A stretch of DNA of 64,000 bases, taken from Enoplolaimus lenunculus. Its lineage: Eukaryota. The first letter of the stretch is position 1. Each line of letters starts with the position of its first letter. The position numbers and the translations under genes were made by a program. The stretch lies in contig JASANG010001737.1 in the NCBI GenBank assembly GCA_030248215.1, positions 124,001-188,000 on the forward strand, in the 5' to 3' direction. A model generated the notes under the pieces. That model did not search any database. It was not told where the DNA came from and saw only the letters and a list, made by a program, of their open reading frames with translations. Below are positions 49,001 to 57,515 of the stretch, piece after piece.

Positions 49001-51915
49001 CCGATTCCGTTTAGAATTCCGGTATAAATGTGCTGTTCCGACGCCGATTCCGGTATAATCCAGTTCCGTTTTGCACGCTGTGGGTTAGGCTTGGCACTGC
49101 TGATTTTACAATTTTTCTCTTGTATTAGCTAACTAGCTATCACATTGTCTTATCGGGATAGACGTCGACATATAGTCGATTATAAAAGCAATTGGAGGAG
49201 CGGGCATATAGCGCAGTGTTGGGGCATTTGCTTATGGGTCAGCAGGCATCTCCGCTCAGGCAATCATGAGGTTTGAACATGAGCACATTTATATTTGATT
49301 TGCTTTACTTCTGTGTAAAATTTGAGATCTTTTATTGCACCAGTTCGTACGTTTGAAAGACTATAACTAACTGGTGATAGGTGCTACATGCATTTGAAAA
49401 TATAGGCCCAGGAAATAGTGAGGTTCGAAATTCAGTACATTATTGCGTTTGATATACTCTACCTCTGAGCCAATTCTCAAAACTGCAAATGCCGTTGTTC
49501 CTTGAGTTGAAAACATCTCGCTAGCTGGTGATAGGTATTATAATGCATTTGAGAATACGGGTCAAGTATGTCGCAAACAGATGGCAAACGCCTAACGCCG
49601 TGCATACAGCACATAGAACAAAGGTGCAAAATGGAACTGAACTATATCGGTCGTAATTACAATCGAGTGCAGGCCTACCCCCTATGTCCTTTTGACTGCA
49701 AACTAGCTACCGGATTACTACAGCAGTTGTAAACACTGCTCATAATATCTTACACACACCTATAACTTCTCCTTACCAGCAGCACGCGAAGCGAACAGGA
49801 TTGTACCGGAATCGGAACTGGGTTGTACCAGAATCGGAACAGTGACTTTATACCGCAGACGTGAACTAGAAAATTTGCGACTGTATGGATAATGTTTATT
49901 AACAAGCATAATATATTGATTTGGGTGTCTGTTGGGTTGGCTGGCAATCCTTCTCAAAAACTGTAAACAAACTGACGGTCATTTTGTGGTTCTGTAAAGC
50001 TAATCTACAATCAGTTTAATAGATAAATGCCGAATTTTTATGCAACAAGTCGAAAAATAAAATCGAAAATAATTAAAGCGGAATTGTAACCGGAATTGGA
50101 GTAAAAATTCCGCTTGCACCCTGTCTTTACCTAATAAACACCCGACCCCTTGCCTTAAAAACACAATAATAAACAGTCACGTTGTGACTGACATGTACTA
50201 GCTATGCAAGCTAGATAAGCAACACAGATGAGAATAAATATACACATTTATTTATGAAAATAAGAGGCGTTGTGTAAAGTACATCAGTACTTTGTGAGTT
50301 TGAAAACCTATCACTTAAATTGGTGGCGCTATAGACATTTTATAATATGTTTATATTGTAAAATCAGTATACCAAATCCGTTTTTTGCCATAGGGGTGTT
50401 TAACTACTCGTATTTGTACTTATATTCCTATAATGTGTTGTCGTTCTACTGAGTTTGCTGGATTTCGCTAATCTTTAATACCACTTGTTACCCGCAAGCA
50501 ACTGGCCAGTTCAAAATGCTAGAAACACTGAAGGAACTTTGTACGAGGGGCGCATACAAGGATTTCAATTATACTTTTACAAGAGAAGTTGAATCGGTTC
50601 TTAAACTGAAACCGAAAGGGTTAAATGACCTCACTCATGCTATTAATCTCACGTTTATCGGCCAATGTAAAGAACAGCGCGTAACTGTACCTATTAAACA
50701 TATTCCTAAGCCTAAGCATAAGCCTAAGCCTAAGCCTAAGTGTAAGCATGAGTTTATAACGCTTTATGCTTACTCTATTCTTGTCCCACAGTAAAACGTT
50801 TCGCCGCTGATCTTTACATGGGTCCGTTTATCAAACATTGTTTTCGACACTGAAATTGGCACATTTCAGACGGTCTCAGCTATGAACAATACCACACGAA
50901 ACGTAATTTGGCGCAGCAAGCGTTCGAAAACGATGTAAGCATACGGTGGCCAGACTTGAAACAACGTAATAAATTTACCTACCTTACGACCCGGGTCAAT
51001 ATTAATCTTAAATGCCGATCTATTTCCTGCGGATCGCAATATTGTAAACTTTGTCGTTTTAGGTTGATATCTTTACGGTTAATTGATAGCTTAAGTTTAG
51101 GACCACGTGAGCTTAAAATATGGTTTTATCCATCTGTTAAGTTGTCTAATATTAAAAAACTTTTAATCAAGTAAGGCTAAACACTCGTTGTTTTTATTTT
51201 CAAACAGCTGTTTTTTAGTCTTTTGTTGCCTTTATTTTCAGCTTTCATCAAATCATATCTTGATTGTAAGCGCAACAACGTGCGCTTGGGCACAAGTTGC
51301 AGCATCTGTACTTGACCAATCAGGTGTTCAGTATAAAATTATAGACTGGGACGAACAAACGGATCCATATTTTGTCCTTGGGGCCACTTATGATTATATT
51401 CGTCGCGGTGGATGGAAATTGATCAGCGAACGACTGCCGTTAATTTTCGGATGCGGACAGTTTATAGGAAGTACGTCGTTTGTTAATAATTTTTGAAATT
51501 CAAAAATTTATGAATGCTTTGAATTTGTATTATTTAAAATAAAGAATCTCGGACACTTTCCACACATTTATGGTTAAAGCTTAAGCCGAAACTTAGGTTC
51601 AAGTAAAGATGGCTAAGGCTTTTAAGCCTAGACTTTAAGTTAAGGTATTAAAGCTTTACGTTAACGCTCTGGCTTAGCCATAGATTTCAATGTTAATACT
51701 TTTAGGACCGTAAACTGGTAATAGGTGCCACACGCTTTTTGAGCTAATGACCATTGTTTTCAGACGAAAAGCATCTACAACAGCTGTTGAAATCGCCATC
51801 TGAATGGAATACTCTCAACAACAAATGTTCCTCTGAAGCCAAAACTTACACAAATGGAATTATAAAGCGATCCGATCAGGAATATAAAGTTTCTGACCAA
51901 TCTGGTGCCGAATAA
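46000..51915 (+). CDS. glutaredoxin-fold protein with atypical CxxA site, probably secreted (173 aa if the first exon is right)
   Basis: join(46000..46075,50870..50934,51242..51470,51764..51915), GT-AG with matching phases. LAQQAFENDLSSNHILIVSATTCAWAQVAASVLDQSGVQYKIIDWD...RLPLIFGCGQFIGNEKHLQQLL aligns by eye to the glutaredoxin pattern (ISSNKVVIFSKTYCPYC...GV.Y.VIELD...TVPQIFIGGKFIGG.DDL). The last three exons are well supported; exon 1 is inferred. Confidence 0.7.
48013..48423. mobile_element. hAT-like MITE with TTCGGA subrepeats in the spacer of the Polinton-like element
   Basis: CAGGGTG...CACCCTG termini; 8-bp flanks CTCTAATC / CTCTAACC; related inverted copy starts at ~30788. Confidence 0.65.
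48716..48922 (+). mobile_element. tRNA-derived SINE-like sequence (mirrored at ~47795-47992)
   Basis: GGCGGCGCGGGTCAGTGGATAGCGCGCTGGACT (A-box-like) followed by GAGTTCGAAAC (B-box-like) at tRNA spacing, then an unrelated body; I could not fold a complete cloverleaf. Confidence 0.6.
50660..50824. mobile_element. MITE with internal (TAAGCC)n, GG...C termini and 8-bp TSD (Merlin-like)
   Basis: TIR GGCCAATGTAAAGA / TCTTTACATGGGTC; perfect CGTTTATC duplication at 50652-50659 and 50825-50832. Other copies at ~15207-15435, ~40473-40668, ~43240-43432, ~52858-52975, 54660-55090. Confidence 0.75.
51242..51470 (+). CDS. glutaredoxin-like core exon
   Basis: ttttcag acceptor, gtacgt donor; contains TCAWA at the CxxC position and LPLIFGCGQFIG at the cis-Pro/GG position. 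Confidence 0.8.
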
Positions 51916-53371
51916 ATCCCGATCAATGTTGAACCTGACGCATAACGTAAAATCAAACAATTGAACGCGTTTAATTTTTAAAATTGTATTTTTGATCCAG
52001 TTGAAAAAATTAATTTCTGTAATAAAAGTATTAACAGTCACCTCTTGAGTATAAAATTGTGTCTGCAAGTATGCCTGCTGTAGCACTGGCGACTTTCAAA
52101 TGAAAATCTGTAGCTAAGACCATAGCCCATATCCTCAAAGTTGTGTAAGCACTTAATATTCAAATACGCGAACTAAACCGCCTGTGAATGCCAAACTATG
52201 CTCGCAAGAAGGCCCAGTCGTGGGCAAAAAATGAGTCAAATTTATAAGATTTTCATTGGTTGGCTCAATGTTTACAGGACCTATCGTCAACTGGTGATTA
52301 TGTGCTGCATACAGTTGAAAATATTGGCACTTGAGACTGATAAGAGCAACGTTTTTGAAAAAAGTTTCATTCCGTTTTCAATATATGCTAAATTTCTGCG
52401 TGGCCACTCAAATGTTTTGCTCAGGTAACATGTTGGTCTGGCTACGAGACTGTTTCAAGCAGGCTGGTTTAATTTGGGACGACTTGTTTTTGTTTACTTA
52501 TCGGCTTACGATCAAACGTAAGCCTATTAAGCCAAAGCCTACGCAGGTTCGTAGCCAGCTCAGCATGTTCAAGGGGTGGGAGCCCAAAGCAATTTTAGGA
52601 AGGATATTTTTTGGACAATTTTAATATATTACGTAAAACTGGATTGAAGTTTTCTAAGGGGTGAGGCCAATATTTTTCTAGCGGACTGAGCTTTCTATGT
52701 CCGGTATGGCTACGGTTCTTAGCCTAAGAGTGACAAAATTTAACGTTAGCAAGATTTTAACATTTTATTCATTTCATAAAACATGGGCATATACAAGCAT
52801 GCAACAGTTTGAACGCTTGTAATTAGTTAGAAACGGTACGCCACTCTTGCTATCTGTGGCTCGTGTAAAGATCAGAGGCGGAACGTTTTTCTGCGATCCA
52901 CCGCTGTTCTATACGTTGGGCCCCTTACGCTTAGGATTAGAAATATGCTTATACCACTGTTACTGTCCTGAACTATATATTGACTCTTTTAGTCAAGAGT
53001 TTGCGACAAATAATTTAAATCTTTAGCATTTTTGTTTGAAACCTTTTAGGTGGTGTCTCGATTCTCACGAGACTGGAACAGAGTATATTTAGTCTTTAGC
53101 TTAATTTATTATAAGGCTTAACTTTAAACGTGTCGTTACGCTGATGATTAGCGTTAGGCTTAGGAATACGCCTGGGTTACGGCTCCGAACCAAAAAGTAA
53201 GAATGGCTACAAAATCAAAGCAATACTATATTAGAACGAAATAAATACCTACTATTTTAACAAAAAATGCAGTTTTTCAACCGAAAAAAGGTCTTTTATC
53301 GACAGGTTTTTTCATAAATATCTTGGGCAACAGTTAAGCTCGTCTGACAGCCAAACAATGTCATCGATTAT

Positions 53372-53833
53372 TTAATCAGTAAACCGGAAACGTTTCCCAT
53401 ACCCGCCGCCGTTGACGTCGTCAAAAAACCGGAACTTCTTATCCATAAACCGGAACTTTTTATCGACAAACCGAAATTTTTTGTCCATAAACCGGAACCT
53501 TTTGTTTTCAAATTTTTTGTCGACAAATCGAAATCGCTTTCCACTAAACGGACCTCTTCCATATCCAGCGTCGGCTGAGGCTATGTCATCAACGAAACGA
53601 AACCGTTTTTCCGGTTCCCCCAACTGAGATGCGGCGGCGACCCTGAAGTCTACCGGATACGATCCGGCATGTTTGATGAACCGGAATCGCTTGTTGACCT
53701 CTGGTATCTGTAGAGTTGCCGACTTTGACCGCTCTTGATCTAAATTTGTGCCTTTTTTGACGAAACGAAACCGTTTTTGTTCGCTGATTTCGGCGTTGGC
53801 AGAATCATCATATTCTGGTGATGATGCGTTGGC
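53372..53833 (-). CDS. last exon of a multi-copy neuropeptide-precursor-like gene (FRFxD peptides)
   Basis: ttttttcag acceptor, 153 codons to TAA; nine FRF(V/I/M/F/T) units each preceded by KR or KK. The ORF-track 'start' at 53890 is GTG in the intron, so the signal-peptide exon(s) must lie further upstream. Confidence 0.85.
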   Translation of the reverse strand, partial: ANASSPEYDDSANAEISEQKRFRFVKKGTNLDQERSKSATLQIPEVNKRFRFIKHAGSYPVDFRVAAASQLGEPEKRFRFVDDIASADAGYGRGPFSGKRFRFVDKKFENKRFRFMDKKFRFVDKKFRFMDKKFRFFDDVNGGGYGKRFRFTD

Positions 53834-54659
53834 CTGAAAAAATTTCCGTAAGCAACTCAGAGCAATGCATGAAAATGCTACATTGTTCACACTGAACGGT
53901 GGTTTACTTTTCAGTTACAACGCGTGTGCATAATTGCAAAATCTTCACAAGACGTGAGAGCCTCCTCGATCTCGAGTTTGTGCACTGAAAATACTATTTC
54001 TTAAATAGCTAAGAAATTATGTATTTCTTAGAAAATTAGAAATGATGTTTCAAGATATAAAAAAAAATTTAATATTTAAGAATTTTTCTCAAGTATTGAT
54101 GAGATCAGTTAATATTTCTTATATAAAATTAGATCACAAATGAAATAGAAAGTATTCACACGGCCGGAGCAGTCGGAGGGGGGATGGGTCACCAAACTCT
54201 AGAGTGGGGGCAATGATTTTTCGAAAATAAAACTGTTTCGGCAAAAGTTCATTTTCGAGAAAAGATGATAGACACTACACTTTTTTAACCATGTGTTTGA
54301 AGGTGCACGGCAAACTGCTGTGCGCCCCTATCTCTTAGTTGACACCGGTTTTAAATTACAGCCAGACCCACAGCCAGGTTCTCGTTTCAAAAGACTAGAT
54401 ATATATAATGCCGGCGAGTGAGCGAAGCGAGCAAGAAAATTTTTTAACCATTGTAAATCATGACAGAGGCGGAAGACTGAACAAAAATTGGGAAACGAAG
54501 CAAACAAGAAGCTAGACGCATTTCAAAACTACTCCGCTTTTATCTAAAATGGTTAGGTTGCTTGGTGCCCAATTGGAGTGGGCTTCCACCCAAACGGGGG
54601 ACGTCGGGCGGATTCTCCGAACCTGAATATTTCTTCGAGAAAGGGTTAGACCGTTCCAC

Positions 54660-55090
54660 GGTTAATGTAAAGAACAGGGGCGAAACAGTATTATAAACTT
54701 GTTTCTAATCTTAAGCCTAAGCCTAAACTAGCCCATGTAAAGATCAGGGTCGGAACGTATTTCTGTGGGACTAGAATAGAGCAACCTTAAGCTTTAGGCT
54801 AATTTTTTGCTTGGCTTAGGCGTAGGCTTAGCCCTAGGCTTAGGAATAAACTCATTCTTACGCTTAGGCTTAGGCTTAGGCGTTTAGGCTTAGGCTTAGG
54901 AATATGCTTATAATACTGTCCCGCCCCTGTTCTTTACATTTACCGCCTAAGCCTAACCGTAAGAATGAGTTTATTTCTAAAACTAAGCTTAAGCCTAAGC
55001 CTAAGCCAAGCAAAAAAGTAGGCTAAAGCTTAAGCTGATTCTATTCTAGTCCCACAGAAAAACGTTCCGCCCCTGATCTTTACATGATCC
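54660..55090. mobile_element. TTAGGC-containing MITE with a second copy (54730-54944) nested in opposite orientation
   Basis: Two pairs of ...ATGTAAAGA / TCTTTACAT... termini; outer flanks CGTTCCAC / AGTTCCAC (7 of 8 match). Confidence 0.75.
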
Positions 55091-55965
55091 AGTTCCACAA
55101 ACGAAATAAACTACACCGTTAGTCGTGTGTAGGTACCTCTTTATCAAAGTCCCGGATGCAAACGAATATAACAAACTCTGAAAACGGACACGGAAGTCGT
55201 ATCTGGTTACGCCCTGCCAAAATGTAATCATACATCACTTACCCAAATAACCGATAGAATCATTGCCAAATTAACCACAAACACAGAATTATTTGAGAAA
55301 ATTAACATTGTTATGATTTTCGTGTATTTATAGTTTTATGCCTTGGTTATGTAATTTTTTTCAACTTAACAAACTCCCTGTACAGAGTATTAAAAATAAC
55401 CGCCAATGTTACTTTGGGGTGTAACAGTAGTACAAGCATGAGTTGTAGAAACTAACTTTCGGTACTAAATTTCTTCTGTTATATATTGTGTAAACAAAAA
55501 GTTATAATTTTATTTGAAAAATGAGTTCGCTAAAACTCTACGCTCAGAAAAGTACTCGCGTTTAAATCGGGTAAAATTCCCGCATGAGCTTCCTTTACAT
55601 TCTGCTAACCTGGCACAGGGCTTGCTCTGTTAGTTGATAGCAGATTTTTAGGTAGCATATAACTCAAAGGTATAAGTAAAACGTTTTAAAATAGCCAAAA
55701 ATTTATAGTGAACAATTATTGTTTTAGCTAAAATATGATCTAACAATAAACTAAGCGAGTTTTGCTTGTACATGGGGCGTATTACAGGGGGAAGGATAGG
55801 AAAAATATATGTCCTTCCTATTATATAGAAAGACAACAAAAAATACATATAACAGTGTTTTACAAGAACTTTCTGAATCCTAGAGATCAATAAATTAACT
55901 CAACGTAGTTTTACACCTTCTTTAAATGAAACGTTGGCAACATCCGTGGCTCGTGCCTGTTATCC

Positions 55966-56390
55966 TACAGTAGTGACCCGAATAAGAGGGGGTAATAAGA
56001 GGGAGGGTCCTGATTTTGAGTCCCAATCAATAGGAGTCCGTATTCATAATAGGAGTCCATAAGCGGAGAGAGTCCCTAAACCTTATTTAGAGTCCATAAA
56101 CGTCAATTATACCTAATTGTAGCGCATAAAAATAACTCTAGAACCAAACAAAGTTGAGTTGAAACTTTAAAGCGTACTTAAATTTTGAAAGTATATACAT
56201 TGTTAAGTATAACCTTTCATTATCGCTTAAGCTATTGACACAATACAAATAAACGTTTAATTCAACGGATAGTTGCAATACCGCATATATATCAGTAAGA
56301 AAGGGCGGGTTAAAAATAAATAACAATCCGTAACCGAATAAGGGGGAGGTTCACTCTGAATGGTGACTGGGGACTTAGATACTTACTGTA
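55966..56390. mobile_element. Tc1/mariner-like MITE family (TA-CWGTAGTGACCC termini)
   Basis: TACAGTAGTGACCCGAATAAG...TACTGTA; homologous pieces at ~3079-3275, ~44925-45779 and ~62599-62925. Confidence 0.7.
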
Positions 56391-56575
56391 AACCTAGGCT
56401 ATAGGATTAGATTAATGGTTAGGCTTAGACTTGGCTTAGAATTATGTTTATGGGCTTTAATATGCAGGCATCTCTAGTTAACATGACCCATAAGTTTTAA
56501 TCTGAGTTCTATAGATATTGAGCGAAAATTTTTCAGTTTACTAACTTTAAGCGAAAAATTTTCAGTTTACTATCT

Positions 56576-56846
56576 ATAACCCCTTCTCACATTGAGTTGC
56601 CTATAGGCAACTCAGCGCAGTGCATATACGTTAAATAATATATATCGCACCGTGTTAAAGAATTGCAACACGTATACATAGTACTTAATCACCACAAGAT
56701 GTGAGAGCCCCTTCGGGCTCGAGCGTCAAGCTCCTATAGCTGAGTGGTGGTGGTATACGCCTCCCACTACAGTCACTGGAATTCGGATCCTAGCATAAAA
56801 GTAGGTCTCAGGAGAAATAGAAAATATTCATGTGAGAAAGGGTTAA
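56576..56846. mobile_element. piggyBac-like MITE carrying a tRNA-like segment
   Basis: (A)TAA-CCCCTTCTCACAT...ATGTGAGAAAGGG-TTAA; the right half matches 4950-5058 in reverse. Confidence 0.65.
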
Positions 56847-57149
56847 AGTAGTATTTCTTGCCACAAACCAGTATTTGCGGCAAGTTTGGCAAAAGTTTCG
56901 TGTCGCGGATCAACAGAATTTATATTAAATTCTTGTCTTTAAAATATTTTGGATGTTTCAATATTAACAGGACTCTTTTAACAATCTATAAGCGTACCCG
57001 TTTGCAGTGCCACTAGTAACTGGGACGGGCCTAAACGTTACATGCGTCCATGCAATAATAATTTCTGTCGACCAAAAACTTTCATTACTCTTAAGGCGGA
57101 CCACGAAATAAGAACAAAAAGTCTGGCGTGCGTTTAGTTTGAACGACTT

Positions 57150-57515
57150 ACCGCCTTTGGCGGGACTCCAATAGAGATTGTATTTTATGATAACTTTTTC
57201 TTAGGCTTGAGCATAATTGGCTTATATACTTTTACACGGAAACTTAAGATTAGGCTTAGTCTTAAAGTTAGGAATATGTTTATGCCACTGTAACACCAGT
57301 CAAGGTAACAGTGACCCAAAAATTTTGTACCGCTTTTGGCTAGACTCCAATAGAGATTGTATCACTTTTGAACTAATTTTTTCTAAGGCTTGGGCATATT
57401 AATAGGCTTATATACCCTTACACCGAGGCTTAGGATTAGGCTTAATCTTACAATTCGGAATATGTTTATGCCACCATAACACCCGTCAAGGTAACAGTGG
57501 CCAAAAATTTTAACC
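57150..57515. repeat. two diverged tandem ~180-bp copies related to the TTAGGC MITE
   Basis: GACTCCAATAGAGATTGTAT and GGAATATGTTTATGCCAC...GTCAAGGTAACAGTG each occur twice ~180 bp apart. Confidence 0.7.

Larger units (their letters stand above)
46272..50408. mobile_element. non-autonomous Polinton/Maverick-like element with ~1.7-kb terminal inverted arms
   Basis: Arms 46272-47992 and 48725-50408 are near-identical inverted copies. Termini are AGTAGTTAAACACCCCT...AGGGGTGTTTAACTACT, with a perfect 6-bp duplication CGTATT (46266-46271 and 50409-50414). No coding capacity. Confidence 0.8.

Noticed and set aside
46760..49957. Duplicated 65-aa ORF pairs (46760-46967 and 49750-49957) as real genes
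   Set aside because: They start at non-ATG codons, have no recognisable motif, and are identical only because they lie in the inverted arms.
50516..50794. 92-aa ORF with KPKHKPKPKPK
   Set aside because: Its second half is the TAAGCC MITE; removing the MITE closes the frame within a few codons. Only the first 25 nt remain a possible alternative first exon.
53372..53890. FMRFamide/RFamide gene with its own signal peptide MNNVAFSCIALSCL
   Set aside because: The ORF begins at GTG in intronic sequence upstream of a clear acceptor, and no RF is followed by the Gly needed for amidation.
54810..54900. Telomere or interstitial telomeric array (TTAGGC)
   Set aside because: The hexamers are short, degenerate and always enclosed by the MITE's terminal repeats.
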